From IMG/VR virus record IMGVR_UViG_3300012931_000002, positions 3,729 through 67,728 of that record: a stretch of DNA of 64,000 nt; one strand, written 5' to 3'. The position numbers and the translations under genes are program-made. Position 1 is the stretch's first letter; every line of letters starts with the position of its first letter. The stretch is from a virus. This document shows positions 44,679-54,176 of the stretch, piece after piece. The notes beneath the pieces were generated by a model. That model made no database searches, was not told the DNA's origin, and saw only the letters and a list, made by a program, of their open reading frames with translations.

Positions 44679-46148
44679 TCAAATCCTGAACCCGTAAGCC
44701 CCGCTCGGGGCGATCAGCGCGATTCCTTCCGAACAGCGCGTCAGCCCGACGTAGAAGGTCCGCGTCTCCGAATCGGGGTCGAGTTCGTAACCTCGGCTCG
44801 TCCGGTACGTCATGTCGGTCGAAAGAAGGACGCGCCGCGCTTCGGCGCCCTTGCTCCCGTGAATCGTTTCGACGCGGACGCGCGGCGGATCGGTCAACTT
44901 TCCCCCGCGCCGCATGATCGAAAGGTAGTATTCCCGCGCGTCGATCGAAATCCCCGTCAGCGCGTCGTGCCATATCTTCGAAGCGTCGTAGCCGAGGCCC
45001 TTCGCGGTCCGCGTTTCTCCGCCGCCGGGGAACAGCTCGACGCCCGCCGCCTTTTCGAGGAACGGAACCTCCGCCGCTTCGATCGATCGCCCGGCGCGGA
45101 GCGCCTCGTGCGCCTTGATCGCGCGGACGTCGTCCCACTTCACCGAAGACTCGCCCTTGATCGAATACGCGACCCCCTGCCTCCGCGCAGCCGCCGCGAG
45201 CGCCGGAAGCTGCGCGCGGGTTCGCGCGAGGAGGAGCCATTCGTCGTTCGCGAGGTCGACTTCGTCCGGCCCGGCGACCCAGTCGACCGATCCTTCGCGA
45301 TCCGACGAAGACCATTCGCGCTCGTAGCGCCTTTCGATCCGGTCCCCGACCTCCTTCGCGAGTTCGAACGGCAAGCGCGGAAGGCGATGGGACAGGGGAA
45401 GGACCTCGACGGCGAAGCCCTCGCGTTCGAGGCCGAGGAAGCGGTCTTCGTCGGCCCCAGCCCAATGAAAGATTTGTTGCATATCGTCTCCACCGACGAC
45501 GAGTTCCGCCGCGCGCGCGAACGCGTGATTGACGACGGCCCACTGCGCGCGCGAAAGGTCCTGCGCCTCGTCGACGACGGCGAGTTCCAAATCGAGAGGC
45601 GGCAGCGACGATCGCGCGTAGAGTGTTAGCATGTCCGTAAAGTCGACGACGTCTTCGTCGGCCTTGTAGGCTTCGTACGCGCGCGAGAAGCGGAGGAGGC
45701 GAAACCATTCGAGTTCGGAGCCGTGGTTCGACCACGCGTCGGCGAGGCTCTGCCCGGTCGTCCGCGCGTAGTGGTCGAGGGTGAGCAGAGGATCGGCCGA
45801 ACGCCCCGCCACCGGCGCGTCGGAGAACGGGCTTTCGAGGGTCGTCAGAAGCTCTCCCGTGACTTCGGAGACCTTGTCGAGGTGATCGTCGTCGAGGACG
45901 CGACCCTTCGAAAGCCCTAACTCGCGGAAGGCGAGGGAATGAACGGTGCGGAAGTGCGGAAAGTCGTCGGGCTCACGCCCGAACTCCTCGACGGCGCGCC
46001 GAATCGCCTCGTTGACGGCGCCGCGCGTGAACGAGACGAAGGCGATCTTGTCGGGCTTTACGCCGCGGGCCAAAGCGCCGTGGACGATCTTGAGGAGTCG
46101 CTCGGTCTTTCCCGAACCCGGCCCCCCGAGCACTAGCGTCCTGCGCAT
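44679..46148 (-). CDS. UvrD-like SF1 helicase
   Basis: GGPGSGKT, VDEAQD, GDDMQ.I, SHRLP, TIHGSKGAEA and YVGLTR motifs. Confidence 0.9.
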   Translation of the reverse strand: MRRTLVLGGPGSGKTERLLKIVHGALARGVKPDKIAFVSFTRGAVNEAIRRAVEEFGREPDDFPHFRTVHSLAFRELGLSKGRVLDDDHLDKVSEVTGELLTTLESPFSDAPVAGRSADPLLTLDHYARTTGQSLADAWSNHGSELEWFRLLRFSRAYEAYKADEDVVDFTDMLTLYARSSLPPLDLELAVVDEAQDLSRAQWAVVNHAFARAAELVVGGDDMQQIFHWAGADEDRFLGLEREGFAVEVLPLSHRLPRLPFELAKEVGDRIERRYEREWSSSDREGSVDWVAGPDEVDLANDEWLLLARTRAQLPALAAAARRQGVAYSIKGESSVKWDDVRAIKAHEALRAGRSIEAAEVPFLEKAAGVELFPGGGETRTAKGLGYDASKIWHDALTGISIDAREYYLSIMRRGGKLTDPPRVRVETIHGSKGAEARRVLLSTDMTYRTSRGYELDPDSETRTFYVGLTRCSEGIALIAPSGAYGFRI

Positions 46149-47137
46149 CGCGCTTCCTCCGCCGCGAGGATGAATTCGGCGGCGAGCCACGGGTTTATCG
46201 CGTTGCCAGCGCCCCTGAGCAAGCCCACGCGGTTGCGAATGGTCCCAGCATCAACCAAAGGGAAAATGCCGGGTTCAATACGCCGTGCCTTTCCGTCGGC
46301 GCAAGGAACGAAGACGCCTGCGCCCCAAGGGGCTTCCCGCGCGAGTGCGCCCACCGTTTTTCGTCGTACGCCTTCGTCGCGCTTTCGCTTCTCCAGTCCC
46401 GTGCGCAGGGGGTCGCCCAGCCCGCTAGTTGCGCGAAGTCCCGTAGGTCGTTCGCGTGTGGCCCTATCGCCCGCGCAAGCGCTTTCATCGGGTCCTTGTA
46501 TTCGCCCCCTGCTTTGATCTTCGCGTACGGCGTCGGCCACCCCGCCACGAGCGCTACCGTCTTTCTTCCGTTGTCCGTATTCCCCGCTTCGTTGTAGCCC
46601 TTCCGCGCCGGCGTTCCGGCCATCGGCGTAGGCCACCCAGTGTAGTCTTTGGCGGATGTGCGGCGCGCCGACGCCCGCAGAGCAAAGATCGGCGGCCCCG
46701 AAATCATACCCCATTCCTTCAAGGTCAGTTCGTACTCCGGCGAGCCAAAGGCGGCCATCCTTGCTCGCAACTTGCTCGCCAAAGATCGCTGGAACATTTC
46801 CGATTCGGCGCTTTCGCTCGGCGACGATCCTTCGGAATTCCGGCCATAGGTGTCTTTCGTCATCGACGCCTTTTCGATTTCCGGCCGCCGAGAACGGTTG
46901 ACAGGGGCAAGACCCCGTCCAGACTTCTTCGTCTTCGGGCCATCCGGCGATTCGCAATGCGAGGGACCAGCCACCAATTCCCGCGAAGAAGTGACACTGA
47001 GCGAAGCCTTCGAGGTCTTTCGCGCGAACTTCTTTGATCGAACGCTCATCTACTTTTCCTTTCGGGATCAATCCGTCTTCGATCAGCGCGCGAAGCCACG
47101 ACGCCGCGAACTTGTCGTTTTCGTTGTAGTAATTCAT
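46133..47137 (-). CDS. C5-cytosine DNA methyltransferase, main frame
   Basis: FFAGIGG, GSCPCQPFS, EQV, H.RQR and LRGAGNAI motifs; no motif IX in this frame. Confidence 0.85.
   Translation of the reverse strand: MNYYNENDKFAASWLRALIEDGLIPKGKVDERSIKEVRAKDLEGFAQCHFFAGIGGWSLALRIAGWPEDEEVWTGSCPCQPFSAAGNRKGVDDERHLWPEFRRIVAERKRRIGNVPAIFGEQVASKDGRLWLAGVRTDLEGMGYDFGAADLCSAGVGAPHIRQRLHWVAYADGRNAGAEGLQRSGEYGQRKKDGSARGGVADAVREDQSRGRIQGPDESACAGDRATRERPTGLRATSGLGDPLRTGLEKRKRDEGVRRKTVGALAREAPWGAGVFVPCADGKARRIEPGIFPLVDAGTIRNRVGLLRGAGNAINPWLAAEFILAAEEARCAGR
46195..47049 (-). CDS. Nested alternative-frame polypeptide (putative second methyltransferase subunit; true start uncertain)
   Basis: Three GW(P/A)TP repeats and LNPAFSLWLM, which resembles motif IX. 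Confidence 0.6.
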   Translation of the reverse strand: MSVRSKKFARKTSKASLSVTSSRELVAGPSHCESPDGPKTKKSGRGLAPVNRSRRPEIEKASMTKDTYGRNSEGSSPSESAESEMFQRSLASKLRARMAAFGSPEYELTLKEWGMISGPPIFALRASARRTSAKDYTGWPTPMAGTPARKGYNEAGNTDNGRKTVALVAGWPTPYAKIKAGGEYKDPMKALARAIGPHANDLRDFAQLAGWATPCARDWRSESATKAYDEKRWAHSRGKPLGAQASSFLAPTERHGVLNPAFSLWLMLGPFATAWACSGALATR

Positions 47138-47526
47138 ATGAGCGCCTCGTACCATCCGTCGGCGCGCTCGACCAAAGCCCCGGCGGCGACGAGTTCGTCT
47201 AAGCCCTTCCGAAGGCTCCGCCGCAATATTCCGGCATTCGCCGCGAGTTTGCTAGGAAGGACGTCCGACTTCGCGGCCTTGACGGCGTTAAGCAACCGCC
47301 GCTGCTCGTCCGACAACCTCGCCGGGCGCTCCTTGAGCCGCCATTCGCCCGAAGCCGTCTTGACGACCCGCCCGGCGCTTTTGAGGTCGTAGAGGACGCC
47401 GGTAACGACGCCGAAGCGCGCGTTTAGCCGCTTCGCAACGTCCATCGTCGAAAGATAGGGCAGCGGGGCGGCGGGCGACGGCGGCGCGAGCGTTGCGAGT
47501 ATCCGGCAGGCAAAGGCGGTTAGCAT
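47134..47526 (-). CDS. Tandem winged-helix-like protein
   Basis: LYDLKSAGRVVK...GEW and LDELVAAGALVE...GWY repeats. Confidence 0.55.
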   Translation of the reverse strand: MLTAFACRILATLAPPSPAAPLPYLSTMDVAKRLNARFGVVTGVLYDLKSAGRVVKTASGEWRLKERPARLSDEQRRLLNAVKAAKSDVLPSKLAANAGILRRSLRKGLDELVAAGALVERADGWYEALI

Positions 47527-47686
47527 AGTTCGAGCATTCCTCTTAGGTTATCCGCTGCCCTAGCGAGGTCGGAGGCGGCGGCTTCGACGACCGACCGCCT
47601 TATCCGCTTGAGGACGAGCATGGCGACCAACGACCCCGCTACGCGGAGGACGCGGGTCGTTTCAGCGTCGAGGATCGCGGCGGGGC

Positions 47687-49414
47687 TCAAGCGCAGTCCT
47701 TCCGACCCGTCTCGGGATCGATAGCGCAGGTTCCGCCTTCGCCTTCGTTCTTCGGGCTTTCCGCGACGAGAAGCGCCATACGGGAACCGTCGGCGTTAAA
47801 GGTTGTACACCCCTTGCCGCCGCCCTCGTAAACGCGCCGATAGATTCCAGTAAAGTCGTCCCAGGGGGTCTTCTTCGTGACGTTGACCGTTTTCGAGACG
47901 GCAGAGTCGACGTAGCGCTGGGCGGTTACGAGGACTGCGACGTGCTCGTCCGGCGTTACGTCAGCCGCGAGCTTACCCCGAACGCCGAGGAACTCCGAGC
48001 CGTAATCGCCGATCGTAGATACGACCGGCCCGTCCGGAGCATTGATCGTCCGCTTCGTCGCGTAGGCGAAGACCGGCTCGATTCCAGAGCTTACGTTATC
48101 GGCGCAGAGGGAGATAGTCCCCGTCGGAGCAATTGAGGTAAGGTGACTATTGCGAATGCCGTCGCGCGCGATCGCGTCGCGAACGTCTTCCGGGAGCGTC
48201 TTGACGAATTCGCCTTCGAGATACTTCGTCCTATCGAGCATCGGGAACGATCCCTTCTCCTTCGCGAGCACCGTCGACGCGCGGTAGGTCTCGTCGCGAA
48301 TCGCTTCGAGGATTTGTGCTTCGAGCGCGAGGAAGCCGGAAGAGCCGTAATCGTGGCCGCAGGATTCGAGCGCGTTCGCGAGTCCGGTAACGCCGAGACC
48401 CATACGCCGCTTCGCGAGCGCCTCCGCCTTCTGCGCCGGAAGCGGATAGTTCGTACGGTCGGTGACGTTGTCCATCGCGCGGACGATCGTCGGAACGTCG
48501 GAGCGGAGTTGGTCGAAGTCGAAGTAGTATTCATCACTATCTGCGGAAGGGTCCACCAGCTTCTTCCGCAGATACTGAACGAGGTTAAACGACCCGAGCA
48601 AGCACGCGCCGTACGGAGGGAGTGGCTGTTCGCCACATGGGTTCGTAGCCGCGATCGTCTCGCAGTACCAAAGGTTGTTCATCCTATTGACGGTGTCGAT
48701 AAATAACACTCCTGGTTCGGCATAATCCCAGGTACTTCGCATGATCTTTTCCCAAAGATCGACGGCGCGGATTTCACGGTAGGTCGTTCCTCCAAAAGAG
48801 AGAGGAAAGAGGGAGTCGTTCGCGACGGCTTCCATGAACTTGTCCGTTACCGCGACCGACACGTTGAATCCTTCGAGCGCGCCCTTCTTCTTCTTCGCGT
48901 TCACGAAGACCTCGACGTCGGGATGATCGACGCGGAGGACCGCCATCTGCGCTCCCCGGCGGTGGCCGGAAGACGCGACGCCGAGCCCGACGGTGTTGAA
49001 GTACTCCATGAACGAGACCGGCCCCGTCGCGTAGGTCTCGATCTTCTTTACGCGGTCGCCATGCGGGCGGATCGTCGAGAAGTCGTAGCCGATTCCGCCG
49101 CCGAGCTTCGAAGTCGCGGCGGCTTCGAGGAGGCGCATCATGATACTTCCGTCGCCTTCGACGAGCGAATCCTCGATCGTTCCCGATACCATGCAGTTAA
49201 AGGCAGTAGTCTGCCGCGTTGCCCCGATCGCCCCCTGTATTCTCCCGCCGGGAAGAAAGCGCTGCGCAAGGCAGACGTCACGGATCGCGTGATAGTGATG
49301 TCCATCGTCCGCGAGCCCGAAGGCGAAGCGGTTTACCGATTCTTCAAAGTCCTCGCCGGGCGAGCGGTACTTCATCGCGTGTAGGCTATCGGCGGCTTCC
49401 GTTCTGGGGGTCAT
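47687..49414 (-). CDS. nrdJ: Class II (adenosylcobalamin-dependent) ribonucleotide reductase
   Basis: GGGIGYDFS, RRGAQM, TNPCGEQPL..YGACLLGS and IAPTGTIS motifs; no NrdB-type gene seen. Confidence 0.9.
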   Translation of the reverse strand: MTPRTEAADSLHAMKYRSPGEDFEESVNRFAFGLADDGHHYHAIRDVCLAQRFLPGGRIQGAIGATRQTTAFNCMVSGTIEDSLVEGDGSIMMRLLEAAATSKLGGGIGYDFSTIRPHGDRVKKIETYATGPVSFMEYFNTVGLGVASSGHRRGAQMAVLRVDHPDVEVFVNAKKKKGALEGFNVSVAVTDKFMEAVANDSLFPLSFGGTTYREIRAVDLWEKIMRSTWDYAEPGVLFIDTVNRMNNLWYCETIAATNPCGEQPLPPYGACLLGSFNLVQYLRKKLVDPSADSDEYYFDFDQLRSDVPTIVRAMDNVTDRTNYPLPAQKAEALAKRRMGLGVTGLANALESCGHDYGSSGFLALEAQILEAIRDETYRASTVLAKEKGSFPMLDRTKYLEGEFVKTLPEDVRDAIARDGIRNSHLTSIAPTGTISLCADNVSSGIEPVFAYATKRTINAPDGPVVSTIGDYGSEFLGVRGKLAADVTPDEHVAVLVTAQRYVDSAVSKTVNVTKKTPWDDFTGIYRRVYEGGGKGCTTFNADGSRMALLVAESPKNEGEGGTCAIDPETGRKDCA

Positions 49415-50253
49415 TTCGGTCCTAACTCCTTCGTAAATAGCTTCGTCAATTCTTCGGAATACGCAAGGACATACGACGTATGATTATAGTGCTTCGCCTT
49501 CTCGGCTCGCGCCCAAAGGTTCCGAACGCCTACGGTCGAAACCGCGGCGAGAACTCCGGCGGAATCCTTCGCCCACTTCGGCGCGTCCCAGAGGACCGCC
49601 GCCGTCGCCTTGATCAGGGGGCTCTTGAGCATGCTTGGGTTTCCGTCGCCGGTTTCGACGACCGTTCGGAGCGCGAGTTCGGTCGCGGCGTGGCCGTAGC
49701 GCTTGAACGTTGTCTCAATCGCGTCGATCGCGACAGTCTCTCCGCGAAGATAGTTCTTCGCCGCCTTCGGCGTCTTGAGAACGCGAACGCCGACGGCGTC
49801 TAGCATACGGGACAATAGGATCGCGTCGTAATCTCCTGCGACGACGCGCGCAGCCCAAATCTGGGTTGGTAATATTGCCGTAACCGCGCCATTGATTACC
49901 GCGAACGCCTTCGCTTCGTCGCTCGGGGACCCGTTGATAATCAGCGCCGGGACCTTCTCGATTCCGCCGTGCGTAAGCGCGGCTATTGCGCGGTGCTGTC
50001 CGTCAATAACCGCGAACCGCCCGCCTTGTCGCCGCGCGACAACAACCGGGGAAAAGAGCGCCCACGAGAAGTTCTCGATAACCTGCCGAATGTTCTTTTC
50101 GCCGCGGTCGTTGATCGGGCGCTGATATTTCGGATCGATAAAGAGGTCCGAGACAGGAACCCAGGCAAGTTCACCGACGGCGTCCGTAGGCGCGGGATTC
50201 GGAAAGGGTGGTGCGAACGCGATTTCGGAAAGCGGCAAAAGGTCGTCGGTCAT
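49411..50253 (-). CDS. ParB/Srx-like domain protein
   Basis: IDPKYQR and VIDGQHR motifs. Confidence 0.7.
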   Translation of the reverse strand: MTDDLLPLSEIAFAPPFPNPAPTDAVGELAWVPVSDLFIDPKYQRPINDRGEKNIRQVIENFSWALFSPVVVARRQGGRFAVIDGQHRAIAALTHGGIEKVPALIINGSPSDEAKAFAVINGAVTAILPTQIWAARVVAGDYDAILLSRMLDAVGVRVLKTPKAAKNYLRGETVAIDAIETTFKRYGHAATELALRTVVETGDGNPSMLKSPLIKATAAVLWDAPKWAKDSAGVLAAVSTVGVRNLWARAEKAKHYNHTSYVLAYSEELTKLFTKELGPK

Positions 50254-50609
50254 TCGGTTAGTTCCTTCATAGGCTCGACGAGGCGGTAACCGCGGCCCCA
50301 TACCGTCGCGATTTCCAGCCCGAGCGGAATCAGCTTCTTTCTGAGATGGCAAACGTAGACGTCTACGATCTTCGTGCCGCTAGGAACGTCTTCTTCCGCC
50401 GCGACGAGCTGATACATGCGGTCGAATAGCGCATCCTTACTCGCTACCATACCAGCCTTGTCGAGGAGGAATCGGAAAAGTTCGAATTCCGTCGACGTCA
50501 GGTTACGGATCATCTTTCCGCCGAAGCGGATTTCGCCACGATCGGAGTCGGCGACGATCCCGCCGTATTCGGGGAGTACTTGCCCGCAACAGGAGCAGCG
50601 CTTTTCCAT
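50250..50609 (-). CDS. Stand-alone OmpR-type winged-helix DNA-binding protein, CtrA-like, no receiver domain
   Basis: LT..EF.L...KIVDVYVCHLRKKL...I.TVWGRGY.L. Confidence 0.8.
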   Translation of the reverse strand: MEKRCSCCGQVLPEYGGIVADSDRGEIRFGGKMIRNLTSTEFELFRFLLDKAGMVASKDALFDRMYQLVAAEEDVPSGTKIVDVYVCHLRKKLIPLGLEIATVWGRGYRLVEPMKELTE

Positions 50610-50610
50610 C

Positions 50611-52209
50611 CTACATCTCCGGTCCCGACGGCGTCCGCGGAACGTCGTGCTCTTCGGCTTGCTCGGGGAAGGCGGCTACGGACCAGAAGTCCGTGACCTT
50701 TCTCTTCAGCGGCATCTCGTGGTGCTCGGCGCCGCCCTTCCGAAGCCATCGCCACGCGTCGCGCTCGGAGAAGCCGGAGAAGCGGTGCGCGGAGAGGTAG
50801 GCGAAGAAGTCGGTCGAGCGGAAGTAGACGCGCCCCGCTTCCGCGCCCTTGAAGGCTTTGCCCGCGAGGTCCGTGTGCGCCTTGCCGAGCAGGATTTCGT
50901 CGAGCGTCCGCGCGCGGGCCTTGCCGGTGCAGAAGTTCGCGAGGTGTGCCCAGAACTGACCCTCGCGCGTTCCGTCTACGGGAACTTCGACGACCTTCGC
51001 GCGCGCGAGGCGGTCCCTTATCATCTTCGCCCATTCGTCGGGGTCGATCATGTTCGGCCACTTCGTCAGCTTCTCCATGACCGTCATTCGAAACTTCCGC
51101 TGATCGGCGAGGTCGGACGTCGCGCACTCGATCTCGGCGCCGTCGACGGTGAAGACCCACGTCACCGGGTCGGTCAGGACCTTGACGAGTTCGCCGTAGG
51201 TCACGCCCGGATCGGAAGGCCCGCCGACGCCGAAGTCGCGCTTGAGGCACGCTGTTTTGTTGCACGCCGAGTGAAGCGGGTCGTTTCGGCACTGATACTG
51301 GTACTTCTTCTTCTTGACCGACTTGACGATCGTCGCGACGTCCTTCGGGCCGAGGCCGAGGCCCGCCCACGCGGCGTTGTGCTTTTCGATCTGCGAATCC
51401 CAGTCGTCGCCGAAGCGCTTCTTCAGGTAAACCGCGACGTTGAAGAGCCCGTTATTTCCCCAATCGCCGAATCCCTTCTGCGACAAGGTGACGAGGCACG
51501 GCGGCGCGCCGCGGAGCATCTCGTCCTCGTCGGCGAGCGCGGGCAATTCGAACGCGCGAAGCTCATCGACGGTCAAGGCTACGGCGTCGACGGCTTCGAT
51601 GAACTCGTCGACGCTCATCGCCGAACCGTCGGGCTTCAGCGCGTAGCGGACGGAGCGGTTTCCTCCGGAATATGGAACGTTTATCCAGGAGCCGTCGGAT
51701 ATCGGCGCGAGCTTGACCTGCTTCGGGAACACCTCGATTCCGGGATAGCCCAAAGCCGAGGCCCATTCGGTCAGCTTGTCGCGCACGAGCGCGGCGGGAG
51801 CCGGTTCCTTCAGGAAGACGTAGCCGTGCGCGCCGGCCGACTTCGACCGGCATAGGAGGACCGGGAGCTTCAGCTTCTGCGTCGCCGCGAGGAGCTTGCT
51901 CAGGTCGAGGGGGTAGACGTCGACGTCGAAGGCGCCGAAGACGACGGTGTCGTCCTCGCGGATCGGCACTATGCCGAGGCCGAGCGCGCCGGTCATGGGC
52001 TCGTCGGTTTCCTCGTTCCGAACGTTCGCGGGCTTTCCGGAAAGGTGGTCCTCCCAGAGCGCGAGGGTCACCGGCGCCTTAGCCGTCCACGCGCGGCCGA
52101 GGACCTTCCCCTCCGCGTTCGGCTTCGCGCCGACGGGGACGACGTAGCGCCCCGACGAGCGTTCGAGCCCGGCGAATATTTTGGCGAAGCGTTCGGCGGC
52201 GTGGGTCAA
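50611..52209 (-). CDS. AEP-superfamily primase
   Basis: GIVP, FDVD, RSKS.GAH, EVFPKQ and G..INVPY motifs; Cys-containing C-terminal module. Confidence 0.75.
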   Translation of the reverse strand: MTHAAERFAKIFAGLERSSGRYVVPVGAKPNAEGKVLGRAWTAKAPVTLALWEDHLSGKPANVRNEETDEPMTGALGLGIVPIREDDTVVFGAFDVDVYPLDLSKLLAATQKLKLPVLLCRSKSAGAHGYVFLKEPAPAALVRDKLTEWASALGYPGIEVFPKQVKLAPISDGSWINVPYSGGNRSVRYALKPDGSAMSVDEFIEAVDAVALTVDELRAFELPALADEDEMLRGAPPCLVTLSQKGFGDWGNNGLFNVAVYLKKRFGDDWDSQIEKHNAAWAGLGLGPKDVATIVKSVKKKKYQYQCRNDPLHSACNKTACLKRDFGVGGPSDPGVTYGELVKVLTDPVTWVFTVDGAEIECATSDLADQRKFRMTVMEKLTKWPNMIDPDEWAKMIRDRLARAKVVEVPVDGTREGQFWAHLANFCTGKARARTLDEILLGKAHTDLAGKAFKGAEAGRVYFRSTDFFAYLSAHRFSGFSERDAWRWLRKGGAEHHEMPLKRKVTDFWSVAAFPEQAEEHDVPRTPSGPEM

Positions 52210-52225
52210 GGAATCAACAATCTAA

Positions 52226-53107
52226 TTAAACTTTATGATGAACCGGCGCGCTCGTCGTAAACCCGGCGGCGTTCTTATGGCCTCCGCCACCGAAGCTCTT
52301 CGCGACCGCGGAAACGTCAAAGTCACCGCGCGAGCGAAGCGAATACTGCCAGCGATCCGGAGCGACCTCGAAGTAACAAGCGCCGAAGTCCACCCCCTGG
52401 CCTTCGGCAAGTTCGCCTGCGACTTCGGACGCCGCGAAGTATGGTGCGTTAGCGATAGCAATCCTCGACGTAGCCGCGCTATCACCGCCGTCGTCCCATA
52501 AGATTACCGCGCGATACGCCGACCGTTTAAGTTCTTCGACGCGAAGGCGGTAGTAGCGCTGAATCGCTTTTCCTTCCGCGATCAGGGGGGCCGGACCGGA
52601 AGCGACGAGCGCGTCCCATATATAGAAGTCTTGTGGATACGAGCGGAGCGCGATCGTAAATTCATCTCCGCAAGGAAGTGCCTTTCGCCAGAGGTCGCGA
52701 TCTTCGACGTAATCTATAAAATCCGGGCACGTAGAAGTCGGATGGAAGAAGGCCCAAGCGAGGCTCGCACCACTACGGTTCATATCAAATAACGCGGCGG
52801 CGCCTTCGCCTTTTTCTGCCCATCTACCGAACGATCCTGGATTTGGTAGTCCCGCGAGGTCTTCCGCCGCCGTCTTATGGTGATCAAGGATAAGGACGGA
52901 AAGGGCAGCCTCCGCCATCATTTCGAGGACGGGCCGTTTATAGCTAAAGTCGACGAGGACGACGTGGCGACCGGCGACATCCGGCGGAGGATTACCGTAG
53001 ACACCAGCGTAAAATTCGAACATATCCGGCGGCATCGCCGCGCGGAGAGCCCAGGCCGCCGCGAAGCCGTCGTCGCATCCGCCGTGGTATATACATAAAG
53101 GTTTCAT
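52226..53107 (-). CDS. DHH/DHHA1 phosphoesterase
   Basis: YH..C.DG, VDFSY, LDHH and GGGGHKNAAG motifs. Confidence 0.85.
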   Translation of the reverse strand: MKPLCIYHGGCDDGFAAAWALRAAMPPDMFEFYAGVYGNPPPDVAGRHVVLVDFSYKRPVLEMMAEAALSVLILDHHKTAAEDLAGLPNPGSFGRWAEKGEGAAALFDMNRSGASLAWAFFHPTSTCPDFIDYVEDRDLWRKALPCGDEFTIALRSYPQDFYIWDALVASGPAPLIAEGKAIQRYYRLRVEELKRSAYRAVILWDDGGDSAATSRIAIANAPYFAASEVAGELAEGQGVDFGACYFEVAPDRWQYSLRSRGDFDVSAVAKSFGGGGHKNAAGFTTSAPVHHKV

Positions 53108-53123
53108 GGTTCGCCCTTTAGAA

Positions 53124-53152
53124 GCGGGAGAGGACCTTAAGCCCTCTCCCGC
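53124..53152 (-). terminator. Strong hairpin after the putative SSB gene (terminator or RNA-stabilising stem)
   Basis: GCGGGAGAGG-loop-CCTCTCCCGC; U-tract is weak. Confidence 0.4.
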
Positions 53153-53159
53153 GGTCGCT

Positions 53160-54092
53160 CTACATTTCGACTTCGTCTTCCGGCTTCGGCGCTTCTTCGG
53201 CCGCCGTCGAGTAGTCGACTTCGGCCTTACCGGCTTCGACGAACTTGCAGAACTCCTTGCCCATCGCGTAGAGCGGGTCCTTCATGCTGACGAAGGACTT
53301 GATCGGGAGGTCGTCGGAACCGTCCGGCTTCTTCGCGAGGAGGCCTATGACGTAGCCCTTGAACGAGCCCTTCTTGTTCTTTTCCTGGGCCGTCGTCATT
53401 ATCCACTTGTGCGCCCAGAACGGCGGCTTGACGATCGAGCCGTCGGCAACGCGGTACTCAAAACTGTCCGCGCGATCGACGAGGGCCTGATACTTACCGA
53501 TCTGCATACTGGAGAAGCTAACGACCGCCCGAAACTTCGCGCCGGTCTCGGGATCGATCAGAATCGCGTAGATTTCGAAGCTCTCGACGATTTCGGTCCC
53601 GTCGAGGGCCTGCCCGGTCTGGTCGCGCTTCGTGACGTTGTAAGAAAGCTTGCCGAACTTCCCCTGCTTCGCGCGAAGCATCAGCACGATCGGATCGTCG
53701 GGCTTCCGGACGCCGACGAAGCCGGAGCCGATCGCGCGCGGGATGTACTCGATGTACTTATGATCGCGAGCGCACGGGATCATGATCAGCGACTTGTAGA
53801 GCTGCTTCGTCGCCGTGTTGATGAAGAGCCCCGCCTTCGCGTTCGGCATGAACTTCGTGTTGCCTTCCTCGCACTCCGGCGAGTTCGTCTGGAGGATGCG
53901 GACGAACGGGACCTTCCGCTCGTTCGGGTCGATGTTCGAAATACCGGCCCCCCTGTCCTCCTCGTCGATTTCGACGACGGCGAGTTCGGTTCCGTAGTGC
54001 TGCGCGGCAAGTTCGGTGCCGGGAGCTTTTTCTTCAGGGGCAGGGGGGCTCTTCGGGTCTTTGCTGTTATTTTTGATGTCGTCTTTGCTCAT
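53160..54092 (-). CDS. Putative single-stranded DNA-binding protein
   Basis: PFVRILQTNSP motif, acidic C-terminal tail, position in the replication module. Confidence 0.55.
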   Translation of the reverse strand: MSKDDIKNNSKDPKSPPAPEEKAPGTELAAQHYGTELAVVEIDEEDRGAGISNIDPNERKVPFVRILQTNSPECEEGNTKFMPNAKAGLFINTATKQLYKSLIMIPCARDHKYIEYIPRAIGSGFVGVRKPDDPIVLMLRAKQGKFGKLSYNVTKRDQTGQALDGTEIVESFEIYAILIDPETGAKFRAVVSFSSMQIGKYQALVDRADSFEYRVADGSIVKPPFWAHKWIMTTAQEKNKKGSFKGYVIGLLAKKPDGSDDLPIKSFVSMKDPLYAMGKEFCKFVEAGKAEVDYSTAAEEAPKPEDEVEM

Positions 54093-54176
54093 TGTGTTTT
54101 CTCTCATCTTTGGTCTGCCGGTGCTTGAAAGCCTCGACCGGCGGCGGGGCGGTTCCCGTTAGGGAATCTCCGAATT

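Noticed and set aside
32401-50253. Temperate or plasmid-prophage lifestyle inferred from XRE and ParB-like genes
   Set aside because: No integrase, ParA, protelomerase or divergent repressor switch was recognised; evidence is insufficient.
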